Positions 26,432-37,808 of a stretch of 64,000 bases of DNA are shown here, piece after piece. Each line of letters begins with the position of its first letter. Position 1 is the stretch's first letter. The stretch is taken from contig NIVC01002447.1 in assembly GCA_002269645.1 (NCBI GenBank), forward strand, positions 62,001 through 126,000, read 5' to 3'. Under the pieces are notes generated by a model. That model did no database searches. It saw only the letters and a list, made by a program, of their open reading frames with translations, and was not told where the DNA came from. This DNA comes from Macrostomum lignano. Taxonomy: Eukaryota. Position numbers and translations under genes: made by a program.

Positions 26432-27527
26432 TTGTCTGACGAGTATACAAATTTTCTTTGTAGCGAAATGAGGCAGGGTTACCGTTTATCATCCTCTCAA
26501 AAAATGGACATTGGGAGAATGTTTTTATTAGAGCATAAAACTGTAAATGACGTTAGTAGGACTATTGGGGTTTCACAGTCTGCTGTTCGACGCCATCTAA
26601 TTTCTAAAAGAAGTACCATCACTCGAAGGGAGAACGAAACCAAGTGGGATTTTGAACATGCGATTTATATTGACACCCTTATTAAGAAATCTGAGGGACG
26701 CATCTCAGCTGGTCACATCTGTCTAAAAGTAAAGTCAGAATTCGGTCTCAAAATTAGCTCTAGCCCCGTTAAGAGAATAAGACGAAAGTTAGGGTGGATT
26801 AGAACAACGACTCAATACTGCCAAGTGATTAAAAGAAAAAACCAGCCTGTTCGGTGCCTCTGGAGCTTGACGAAATTAGCCCTTAACGACTCGTTTGAGA
26901 ATGTGATATTTACTGACGAATGCACAGTTGCCATGTCTCGCAGAACGCACCGCACTGTTTTTCGGAGAATGCATGCTACTCGTCCTAAAATGCAAATGCC
27001 TAAGCATTCATTGAAGGTGAGAACACTCTATAGGCAATATTATAGACAAGGCTTAAGCGACGAGGCAATGCTTGGAATCGTAACTTTTTTTCGATACACA
27101 TAACATGCATACTTTAGGTTCATGTGTGGGCTGGAATTAGCCGCAGAGGTGCCACTCAAGTTGTAATCTTCAAAGGGATCATGAAAGCCGAGTTCTATGT
27201 CAACGAAATTCTTGTCAGAGCTCTGTTGCCAACAATTCAGAGCATGTTTCCGAATGGCCACCGACTGTTTGCAGTAAGTGTTCGCTAGATGCGTGTACGA
27301 GCGTATATGTGTACAAGTCTCGTAGTTACTGGTCCTAGCTGTGTTAATTTTCTTATTCTAAAACTAATTGCCATGAAATATTATTCTTGCCTTGACTTGC
27401 TTTTTGCCTTAATAAGGACAATTATCCTAAGCATACCAGCCGGCTTGCTCGGAAATTCATTGAGGAGAACAAAATCAACTGGAGTCGAACGCCTGCTGAG
27501 TCTCCAGACCTGATGTCCCCAATAGAG
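26432..27527 (+). pseudogene. Tc1/mariner transposase with introns; C-terminal exon not found
   Basis: HTH N-terminus, VIFTDE (D1), then VHVWAGIS...RLFA|DNYPKH (D2) and SPDLMSPIE (E). Phase-0 exons: to 27016, 27118-27273, 27417-27527, each with GT..AG introns. Confidence 0.85.
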
Positions 27528-28413
27528 GTGAGTGAGTAGCTAATCCTATCGTGAATGAGCCCAACCAAACTATTCTTGCGCATTTAGTAGTAAAAGTCCA
27601 TATTTATAACCGTGAAGCAAACACAAAAACCTGTGTTTGCTTGATGCAAAAAAGTTAGCAAATTCATGCTTCAAAATAGAAGTTTGGGAGTCTATTGGTG
27701 GTCTTTGTTCCTCTTTGTTTTCTCTTAGCTTAAGAAAAACATAACTTCTCGAAGCCTTTTTTGTCGCTTCGCTTGCCAGTTTTCAACTACTAAAGCGGCT
27801 TGCGAGTGGTAGCTAGTTGAAAAGTAGCAAGCGAGCAAAAAGATCTCGCGTATATTTGTTTAAGCTAGTCATTTATAGTTAACAAGTATAGGGAGGTATG
27901 AGATCGAACTGGCTGACTGGACAAAACTCCCCAGCAGCCAAGCGTGCAGGGGCCTGTGTATTGGCGGGCTCCGCTCTCAGCCGTGCACCGATCTGGCCGC
28001 CACAATACGGAAAAATATGGTCTAAAATTACTATAGCTGTCATATATGGTCTGTAGTCAAATCGTACCCATGGATGAATCAGAGACCTGGTCCTGTTCAG
28101 ACCACAGATACTAGAACAATTAGATATGTCACTCGCAAAAAATGCGTTTTTCGACTCTTTTTTCAGTAGTAAAATTAGCGTTTTTTGCCTTTATTAAAGT
28201 GAAGGTAAAATTTATATAGTTTTAAACGAAATTTAAAGTTTTTAAAGGTGCAAAATTTGTCTCTGCCTTTCTACAAGCAGGTAATTAAATAAGCATGTCT
28301 GCCCAGTTTTACTAATTTAAAAAGAAATGAATTTAAGACTTAAGACTGTAGAAAAATACGAAAAATGTAAAAAACAGTTTAGTCAGGATATTCAGCTTCT
28401 AACTTATTGTCAA

Positions 28414-31314
28414 TTAATTAAATTTCTTTACTTTGCGAACTGCACACCGCTTATAAGCAGCAGCTTTCAAGCTGCGCATCTTTTCCCGGCACCAATGATG
28501 CAACCGCAAGCGAACAAATGCCAAGACAATACTGTTGTGCACATCAGAAAAATGTGCACTGCAAGCCGGAAATTGGATTTCATCAGACAGGAGTTTGCTA
28601 ACAATTTGTGCAGCCACCTTTGGAAGCAAAGCGCATGTTTCAATTTTTTCTAAAAAAGCCGCCTCCAATCTTGAAAACGCATGAAGGGCAGCGGCTGAAG
28701 GCTGCGTCACTCCGTTGACTGCATGGCTAAATAGCTTGTTCTTTAGGTGTACACCTCTAGGCTCTGCGGCAGTTAGCACCTGCTTGCATGCACAGCATTC
28801 CAGAACACGGCTTGTTTTGAGCACAAAGCCACCGACGTACTTAGTGGCTTCAGCAAGAATAGGATCTGGTTGAGATGGCTGCGATGCCTGCTGAGCAATG
28901 CTGGTCGTAGGAAAGTCGCTTGGAGATGCGCAGCTCGTGTCTGCAGCAGCAGGCGAAAGATTGGCTGTCACAGCCGCAGTGCACCCATCGTCTTCACAAT
29001 TCCGTGCTGCAGAATCAGGGCGATCAAGTCCGCTAGCTGCCACTGATCTCAATGCTCCGACAAATGCTGCCAGCTCGGGCTTCTCATTGAAACCATTTCG
29101 GCCTCTTATAATGCTGAAGAGATTCTGCAAAACGTTGCCATTTTTTGAATATTTAATTGATAACTCGCTATTTTAATTTATTATCATTAAAATTATTCTA
29201 CAACTCACTTCCACGTGATCCTGAGTCAGACTGCGAGTGCAGACGTAGTCGAAACTCTCCTCGTCGATCAGCGCAGTTGAGAGCTCACGAATCGATGCAG
29301 CTGAAAGGCGCCAAGCTTCTTTAAACTTCATAGTCGACTTTTCAGGCTTGCCGCTTTTCGGTAAAAATCGCAAGCTCTGCAGAAAGGCCTCAGCTTTGCG
29401 CAGCTCGTTAGTTTGTGCAGCTAGCGACTCGCGGCAGATCGGCCGCTTGAAGCCTTTGTCGTGCACTATTGCGGAGTTCAGCATATCGAACAGATCGTTT
29501 ACGCGCTGTAGAAACTCCGCCGTCTGCGAAGCGCTGGGCTCTATTTCCTGATAATGCAAAAGAGTTTGCATACCGCTGGCAACTGAATGACTGAGCACTT
29601 GAGCTGCTATAGACACGCGCATCTTCTGTCCAAGCGGTAGGGCGATATGAGCGTCAGTAAGTCGACTTGCCAATCGAAGTGAACGGCTACGATCGGCTTC
29701 AAAAAAATCCACAACATGCTGCCATTTTGCCAGTTTGTTTCCGTCAAAAGCCACATCGTTTTTCATAAGCGCATTGCGTAGATTCTTCAGACAATGTGGT
29801 ATGTCTACTATCACATACACCGGCTTTAGGCTCACTGGGTGACGAAAAAAAGGCGCAGATGGTGAGACCTGCAAATCACATTTAGGCGATTTAGCTTTCA
29901 TTTAATTACTCGGAATTTTGTAAATCAGTAAATGATATTTCAGATTTAGTTATATAGATATAGTCCCCGTATAGACTATATAGTCCTCGTATAGTCCCAC
30001 AAATACAAGTTAGTAGCCAAATAACTAACTTACCATTCGAGAGAGTAGTGCCCACTGTGTTGTCTCCTGGTCAGCAACAAGAGCAATGACTCGAATACCG
30101 ATAGCATGACTCGCATGGAGACAATTTTCGATTGCAGCGGCAAAGCCCGACTGTCCGAGAGTTCGATGAACTGGGTAATAGGCGATAGCTTGCTTCCAGT
30201 TTGCTGAAACGGCTCGCAAAACAGCAACGATGGCTTCCGTGATAGGCTTTAGAACTTGCTGAGCATTTTCAGTGGAGCTGCTTGTGTCAAAGCCGATGAC
30301 TTCATCTTTGTGTTGATCGTAGCGAACGCTAGGTGATAGGCTCATCCCATCGAAGCATAGGGTTGCTATTCGCTGATGTTCTGGGCCTGTGGCAAGTTTC
30401 TGTTTCAGCAGCATCAGAGTTGTTGAGCAGACTCCTGGCGATTTGAAGAACTGACATGTCCGGCGCTTGAGTGCAGACTCCGAAGGAAGGGGTAGCTGCC
30501 AATCTTTTCTGAGCATCCTGTATGCAGCCGGGTTTTTATGGTGGAGCCTTATTGTAGCGGTGAGGTCATCCTTTGACCATCTCATGCCGCGAGCTGCGAT
30601 GAAGTGAAGCTTCCTGCTGTTTGAGGCCATACGACGCATTGGAGTACTTCCGAATTTAATCCCTTAGCCTTGCAAATTTGCTGCTGCAGACGCTTGATGG
30701 TCGCTCGTTGTCTGCTCACGCGCTGACGTGTTTTTCTTAGCTGTACTAAAGTCTTGCTATGCCCAGCGGTTATGGCAGATTTTGCAACACACTGATTTCT
30801 AGACTGCGTAGACAGAATTAAATGAGGCATAGCTACCGCTACTGGATCTTTGTCCCAGCGCTCGAGCTGAGGTGGGTAGGTGTTATCTGCTTCTTCATCA
30901 CTTCTAGCTACCACTGGTTTGATATCGTAACGACTCAAGCGAGGCATCGTCAGTTCGAGGTCTGGAAGGGCGTCCCAGCGCAGCCGTGCTCCGGCACTGT
31001 CTTAAAGCTGGGCAGTTGTATGCGGTAGACAGGAAGTGCAAGCTGCAGACTCGCAGCTCTTTGGTGATCGTCAGAACATCAGATAAGATGTTTCTTGGAT
31101 AAGACATCCTTCCAGGGGCTCGTGTTTTGCCAGCTGACATTTCGAAGCGCATAATTCCCGGGATGGAGAGGAGAGGAAAACAAACATGTGGTATGAAATT
31201 GTTCTCGTTGTTTTTGAGCAGGGGAGAGGATATGGAATCAGAGCAGAGGGTAGGAGCAAGGGCAAAAACTTTTGAGTGGGGCACTGGGCAGTGAGTCAGA
31301 GTGAGTCCACTCAC
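28414..31314 (-). pseudogene. THAP/P-element (THAP9-like) transposase, spliced, with frameshift(s)
   Basis: THAP signature RVCSLHF; core motifs LPLPSESAL, LCFDGM, WKQAIAYY, DIPHCLKNLRN, KMRVSIAAQVLS, FDMLNS, LTQDHVE|NLFSIIRG. GT-AG introns near 30030-29870 and 29205-29130. Element termini not identified. Confidence 0.9.
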
Positions 31315-31555
31315 TCCACTGTATGCTTGTGCATTTCGAGAGCGTGCACACGCACACTGAGTTAGAAATTCATGTCAAATGTTATCTACGAGCCATAGAG
31401 TTATGGATATGATTCTTATCACAAGCGCTCAGAACGAGTAAGAGAGAAACCAAGACTTGTTTTCTTGACTGTACGCGGTTCCAGTGATAGTCATGTCTGG
31501 GTTTGGTAAGGGAATGAGACATGAATTTGGACTTTATAGTTCTCGTAGATCCTAG

Positions 31556-32370
<815 letters not shown>

Positions 32371-32373
32371 AAT

Positions 32374-32391
32374 TGGCGCCCAATGTGGGGC
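32374..32391 (+). promoter_or_regulatory. Primer-binding site, tRNA-Lys(1,2) type
   Basis: tggcgcccaatgtggggc versus the known Lys1,2 PBS TGGCGCCCAACGTGGGGC: 17/18 match, 3 nt after the LTR. Confidence 0.9.
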
Positions 32392-32553
32392 CTGCTGTGC
32401 CTGTGAGTTGTGAAGGCGAGTGTCTGTTGCATTGTTTATTGTTTATGGTGTTGACCGATCGTCTGGGGGTTATCGTTTTGCTGGCTGAAGCGAACTTGGA
32501 GCCGAACTTCTCAATCGTGCATCGGAACGTTCCGCACTGCTGTACTGTGACTC

Positions 32554-33516
32554 ATGGCGGGTATCGATGACCTGATTGGTGCGCTGACGGACAGGCTGCG
32601 CGAGAATTTCAACCATGGGCCCCCAAGAGTTGCGAAACCGATGAAGTACGTGACTGGAATGAATTTCCGCCTGTGGTTGAGGAGTTTCAACGAATTTTGT
32701 GAGGCTACTGGGATTGAAGAAGCGGATCGAAGGCCACATCTGATGAGTCTGCTGGATCTCAACACAGCTTATCTCGCGGTGGACAACCTTAATCTGGCGG
32801 ATGATCTGGAGTATGAGGAGTTTACTGAGCATCTGCTGAACAGGTTCACGCAGCATCGGACTCCGCAGGACTTCAGATTGGAGCTGGCTGGACGGGACCA
32901 AGACCAGAAGGAGTCGATGGAGGCCTACGGTGACGCCCTGCTCGAGATAATCCGGAACGCCTATCCGACGATTGATCAGGACGCGAGATCGGAGCTGGCC
33001 AAGGACCGATTCATGAAAGGTGTGCGAGTAGCCGAGCCAGTCCGAGAGAAGTTGTTTCTTAGCCAGCCGGAGAGTCTGGCTGCTGCGATCAGGAGTGCCC
33101 GTCAGCTGGACGCTGCAATTCGAGCGGCTCACGTCGGGCAGCCGGGCCGAGGCAAGACGGCGGCGTTCAACGCTGTAGGTGCAGCCGGGGAGGCAAATCA
33201 AGAGGACGTCGGCGCCCTGCGGGCCAGGATCGAGGAGCTGGAACGGCAGCTACGGCAGAGTCAGGCGTCAGGATCTGGCGGAGGGAAGAGTTCTCAGAGA
33301 CCACCGCCAGCGAATCAACAGAGCGATGTGGAGTGTTGGAATTGCCACGAGAAGGGGCACATGGCGAACCGCTGTCCGAAGAAAGCCGGAGGTCAGCACC
33401 AAGGAGCTCAAGCGGGACGCGGCATTCGGTGTCACCGGTGTGGCAAACTTGGTCACGTGGCTGCCAAGTGTCGATCGGAGGGAAATGGAGAGCGGGGCCC
33501 GCAGTGGGGGAAGTGA
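32554..33516 (+). CDS. gag: Gag with two CCHC zinc knuckles
   Basis: CWNCHEKGHMANRC and CHRCGKLGHVAAKC; capsid-like N-terminal region. Confidence 0.93.
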   Translation: MAGIDDLIGALTDRLRENFNHGPPRVAKPMKYVTGMNFRLWLRSFNEFCEATGIEEADRRPHLMSLLDLNTAYLAVDNLNLADDLEYEEFTEHLLNRFTQHRTPQDFRLELAGRDQDQKESMEAYGDALLEIIRNAYPTIDQDARSELAKDRFMKGVRVAEPVREKLFLSQPESLAAAIRSARQLDAAIRAAHVGQPGRGKTAAFNAVGAAGEANQEDVGALRARIEELERQLRQSQASGSGGGKSSQRPPPANQQSDVECWNCHEKGHMANRCPKKAGGQHQGAQAGRGIRCHRCGKLGHVAAKCRSEGNGERGPQWGK

Positions 33517-36500
33517 GCCCCGGAGGTCAGAAACGCCCCCAAATGGAGCCGTCGAGGAGAAGGGATCAAGCGTCATGCAACTCGTCATCAATCGTCCTAC
33601 CTGTTGCGTCATCAACCATCTCACCTGTTGTGTCATCAATCGTCCCACCTATTGCGTCATCAATCGTCCCATCTGTTGCGTCATCAATCGTCTCACCTGT
33701 TGCGTCATCAACCGTCCCACCTGCTGCTTCATCAACGTTCGCACCGGCTGCGACATCACAAACTAGAGCATCTAGCACCATCCGGAATCCGAGTATTTCA
33801 CAGGCCACCATCAACATCGTCCCGACGTCAGTCTATGTGAGTATAAGGATTGCAAAAGATAACCCCGTGTCAGCGCTGTTGGACTCGGGAGCCTCGTGTA
33901 CCATTATGTCGGAGGCGATGTTCTCGCGGTTGCGGTACAAACCAGAGCTCTTCCGGGGGTCATTCGCCAAAGTCACGACTGCAAATGGCAGTCCCATTCA
34001 AGTGATTGGTGTCACCACGTTGGACTTAGAAATTGATGAGAGCGTGCCGATCGACGTGCTGGTGGTGTCAGGAATTGGTTACGACCTCGTGTTGGGTTCG
34101 GACTTTCTGCAACGGCATGGCTGTCAAATCGATTACGCCAGAGCAGAGCTGCGACTCAGGAATGTAGTGCTTCCGATCCGGTTCCAACGGGAGCGACCAG
34201 TCGTGTGCCGGATTCGCCTGAATGAGACAGCAACGGTTAAGCCAGGCCACGAGGCGGTTCTGCTCGGCCGACTGGATAAGCGAAGAGGTCGAAATGTCCG
34301 AGTAGCAGGAATGATGGACCCGTTAAAGCACCCTAAGGGAACTGGAGTGGTTGCCGCGAGAGCGCTTGTGACACCGGATGAGAACGGAAAGATTGTGGTT
34401 CGTGTCTGCAACCTATCTGAGCAACCGGTGCGGCTGCGGCGAGGAGAGGCAGTTGGCTGGTATCGACCGCTGGAACTGGAAGAGCAGCCAAGGATCGCGG
34501 TGTTGCAGAGTGATTCAGAGGAACGTCCCAGCAAGACATTTAAGGCCGAGGAACGCAAAGACGACAAGGTTTGGGAGAAGCTTGGCCAGTGGGGCGACGG
34601 AATGGCGACTGAGAGGCAGCACCAGCGGTTTAAGAACTTAGTCGACGCGTACGGTGATCTTTTCGCGACGGACTCAGCACAGTTGGGTGTGACACCCTTG
34701 GTGGAGCACCAGATCGACACTGGAGAGGCCAAGCCGGTCAACATCCCGCCGCGGAGACTGCCCCCGCACCTTAGGCAAGAAGTGCATGCTCTCGTGGATG
34801 AACTTGAGGAGCAAGGACGCATTGAGTCAGCACAGTCTCCTTGGAACGCGCCAATCGTTTGTGTACGCAAGAAGGATGGCAGTTTACGGATGTGTGTAGA
34901 CTACCGTGGTTTGAATAAAGTAACGACGAGAGATGCTATTCCGTTGCCGAGGATGGACGATGCATTGGACGAACTGGCGGGAGCAAGAGTGTTCAGCTCG
35001 ATGGACCTCCACAGCGGCTACTGGCAGGTGAAAGTAAGACCGGAGGATCAACTCAAGACGGCCTTCTCGGTGCCTCTGAAGGGTCAGTACGTGTGGAAAG
35101 TGATGCCGTTCGGACTCGTCAATAGCCCTGCAACTTTCACGCGACTGATGGCTCTGGCAATGCGCGACGTGGCCTGGAAGACGTGCTTAATCTACCTGGA
35201 CGATATCCTGGTGTGGTCCAAGACGGTTGACGAGCATCTGGAAAGGTTAGAAGAGGTGTTCATACGGCTGCGGAAGGCTGGAGTTAAGTTGAAGCCGGAG
35301 AAGTGTCATTTTCTGATGAAGAAGGTAACGTTCCTGGGCCATCAAGTGTCGGAGGCGGGAGTGGAGACGGAGAGTGAGAAGGTCGAAGTGATCAGAAACT
35401 GGCCCCAACCGAAGAACACCAGAGACGTGCAATCGTTCATAGGATTGTGCAGCTATTACCGCCGTTTTATTAAAAACTTCTCGAGTGTTGCCGAGCCGCT
35501 GCTCAGGTTGACTCGCAAAGGTGTCGAGTTTGAGTGGGGACCGGACGAAGAGCGATCGTTTCGGGACTTGAAAGCGCGGCTGACGAGTACAGACGTGATG
35601 GCGTTTCCGGATTTTGGACCCGAGGCTGGCGAGTTCATTCTCGACACGGATGCGAGCTCATCTATTGGCGTTGGCGCCGTGTTGTCTCAGAAGCAAGTGG
35701 ACGGTAGTGAGAAGGTTATTGCGTATGGCTCAAGATCGTTGTCATCGGCAGAGCGGAACTATTGCACGACGAGAGTAGAACTGCTGGCGGTGGTGACGTT
35801 CATGGTCAAGTATCGGTACTACCTGGCGGGAAGAAGATTCTGCTTGCGAACTGATCACAACAACTTGAAGTGGATTCACAATCTGAAGGATCCGGAAGGT
35901 CAGTGTGCTAGGTGGCTGGAGAAGCTGGCAGAATTCGATTACTACGTGGTGCATCGCAGCGGGCTCTGTCATGGAAATGCGGATTCGTTGTCAAGGCGGC
36001 AGACCCGGCGACATGCAGGCTTCTTGGAATGTCCGTCCTGCTCAGATGTTGCACCAGTGATCTCAAATGGTGTGAGTGCGCTGAACGTGGCTGACGAGCG
36101 ACATGAACTGGTAAAAGCTCAGGACGAGGAAGACCAGATTCGATGGATGAAGGAGCTGGTCAGCGGAAATGAGAGCGTGAGCGAAAAGCTGAGATTGACC
36201 CCAGGGGGCAAAGCGCTCATGGCGCAGTGCGAGCTGCTCAAGGTGGACGGCGGGATATTGGTGCGGAGGTGGAAAGGCACGGACCAGATTGTGCTACCAC
36301 AGTGTCTGCTGCAGAGGATTGTGATAGACTGTCATAGCGGCGTGGCGGGCGGCCATTTCGGCCTGCAGAAGACAAAGCGAAAGGTCCTTGCACGGTTCTG
36401 GAGACCCGGGATCAGCCGCGAGATCGCTGAGTGCGTAAGGAGCTGCGAAGTCTGCGGCCGCTCGAAGTTGGCGAAGAAGGCTAGAGCTCCACTGGAGCCG

Positions 36501-37688
36501 ATTCGAACGGGCGAACCTTTTGAGAGAGTGATGGTGGACATTGTCGGGCCGTTGCCAAGGAGTGCCAGAGGTCATCAGTACATCTTAACGCTGCAGGATG
36601 CGTTCACTAAATGGCCGGTAGCGATCCCGATCCGTAACCAACGAGCATCAACAGTGGCGCGCGCCATATTTGGGCACTGGATTAGTATCTACGGTTGCCC
36701 GAGTTCGATTCACAGTGACCAAGGGCGGAACTTCGAGTCTCGAGTAATGCAAGAGCTGTGCACGCTGCTGAAAATCCAGAAAACCAGAACCACGGCCTAC
36801 CACCCAAGTGGAAATGGGCAGGTGGAGAAGTTCAATCAGATGTTGAAGTCAGTACTGCGGAGCTACATCGCTGAGGGAGCAGAGTCACACAAATGGGATG
36901 AACTAATCGACTCAGCCTTGATGGCGTACCGTTCAAGTGTGCATCGCGGCACTGGCTACACACCGTACTTCCTCCTGCACGGCCAAGAGATGCGATTACC
37001 ACTGGATGTAGCTTACAAAACACCACAAGAGCCGCTGGACGAGTCAACGTACGTGGCCGGCTTGAGAAAGCACCTCCATCAAGCACATGAAGCAGTGCGA
37101 CAAGCGACCGGCACATACCAGAAGTTGCAGAAGGACTATTACGACAAGAAAGTACGGGGATCCGCGCACCAACCAGGGGACCGAGTTTTTGTTTTCGTGC
37201 CAGCCAAGCCTGGGGAGGTGCCGAACAAGTTCCGGGTTGATTGGAAGGGACCAGTGGAAGTGGTGCGGAAGATTTCTGAGACCGTGTACGAAGTTCAGAA
37301 TCCGGCTAATCCAAGGAAGACCAAAAGAGTACATTTCAACAACCTGTCGCCTTTCAAAAAGTCGAAGTCAGCGACGAACGAAGCGAGACAGGAGGAAGGA
37401 GGTGCGGTGACAGAGGACGCGCAGAGCCAAGAAGATGAAGAGGAAGAAGCTGAGCAGGTAGGCCGACGTGGTCGACCACCACCAGCGGAGGTTGAGCCAG
37501 GGCTGGAGAACGAGGTCGATGGCAGCGTGAGAAGCTCGGAGTCGCCGCAAAGTGGCCTGCCGGAAGAATGGGAAGGACTAGATCCACCAGAAGAATGGGA
37601 AGGACCAGAAGCGCCCGCAGCGGAGACCTTCACCACCAGGAGATATCCGACTCGGCTCAGGCGACCGCCAGATCGGCTAAGGTTCTGA
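33333..37688 (+). CDS. pol: Pol (protease-RT-RNase H-integrase), in the -1 frame relative to gag; the true start is probably the frameshift near 33486
   Basis: LLDSGAS protease, YLDD RT, TDASS RNase H, HHCC zinc finger, VDIVG/SDQG/QVEKFN integrase, Gypsy domain order, no stops over 1451 codons. Confidence 0.97.
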   Translation: MLELPREGAHGEPLSEESRRSAPRSSSGTRHSVSPVWQTWSRGCQVSIGGKWRAGPAVGEVSPGGQKRPQMEPSRRRDQASCNSSSIVLPVASSTISPVVSSIVPPIASSIVPSVASSIVSPVASSTVPPAASSTFAPAATSQTRASSTIRNPSISQATINIVPTSVYVSIRIAKDNPVSALLDSGASCTIMSEAMFSRLRYKPELFRGSFAKVTTANGSPIQVIGVTTLDLEIDESVPIDVLVVSGIGYDLVLGSDFLQRHGCQIDYARAELRLRNVVLPIRFQRERPVVCRIRLNETATVKPGHEAVLLGRLDKRRGRNVRVAGMMDPLKHPKGTGVVAARALVTPDENGKIVVRVCNLSEQPVRLRRGEAVGWYRPLELEEQPRIAVLQSDSEERPSKTFKAEERKDDKVWEKLGQWGDGMATERQHQRFKNLVDAYGDLFATDSAQLGVTPLVEHQIDTGEAKPVNIPPRRLPPHLRQEVHALVDELEEQGRIESAQSPWNAPIVCVRKKDGSLRMCVDYRGLNKVTTRDAIPLPRMDDALDELAGARVFSSMDLHSGYWQVKVRPEDQLKTAFSVPLKGQYVWKVMPFGLVNSPATFTRLMALAMRDVAWKTCLIYLDDILVWSKTVDEHLERLEEVFIRLRKAGVKLKPEKCHFLMKKVTFLGHQVSEAGVETESEKVEVIRNWPQPKNTRDVQSFIGLCSYYRRFIKNFSSVAEPLLRLTRKGVEFEWGPDEERSFRDLKARLTSTDVMAFPDFGPEAGEFILDTDASSSIGVGAVLSQKQVDGSEKVIAYGSRSLSSAERNYCTTRVELLAVVTFMVKYRYYLAGRRFCLRTDHNNLKWIHNLKDPEGQCARWLEKLAEFDYYVVHRSGLCHGNADSLSRRQTRRHAGFLECPSCSDVAPVISNGVSALNVADERHELVKAQDEEDQIRWMKELVSGNESVSEKLRLTPGGKALMAQCELLKVDGGILVRRWKGTDQIVLPQCLLQRIVIDCHSGVAGGHFGLQKTKRKVLARFWRPGISREIAECVRSCEVCGRSKLAKKARAPLEPIRTGEPFERVMVDIVGPLPRSARGHQYILTLQDAFTKWPVAIPIRNQRASTVARAIFGHWISIYGCPSSIHSDQGRNFESRVMQELCTLLKIQKTRTTAYHPSGNGQVEKFNQMLKSVLRSYIAEGAESHKWDELIDSALMAYRSSVHRGTGYTPYFLLHGQEMRLPLDVAYKTPQEPLDESTYVAGLRKHLHQAHEAVRQATGTYQKLQKDYYDKKVRGSAHQPGDRVFVFVPAKPGEVPNKFRVDWKGPVEVVRKISETVYEVQNPANPRKTKRVHFNNLSPFKKSKSATNEARQEEGGAVTEDAQSQEDEEEEAEQVGRRGRPPPAEVEPGLENEVDGSVRSSESPQSGLPEEWEGLDPPEEWEGPEAPAAETFTTRRYPTRLRRPPDRLRF

Positions 37689-37808
37689 GCGGGTTGGGGA
37701 TTGTCGGCGGGTTAGGTGGTTGGAGCGGGTGGATGAGTCGGCAGGCACACGGACCAGGTTTAGTAGCGGAGAAATGAGAGTTTAACGGCTAGAAACGGCA
37801 CTCCGTAG

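Noticed and set aside
31394-31400. CATAGAG (31394) and ggccatg (near 40121) as possible P-element TIRs
   Set aside because: No matching partner end or 8-bp TSD could be found.
33179-37777. Alternative-frame and antisense ORFs within Gypsy gag-pol
   Set aside because: Shadows of the pol ORF with no independent motifs.
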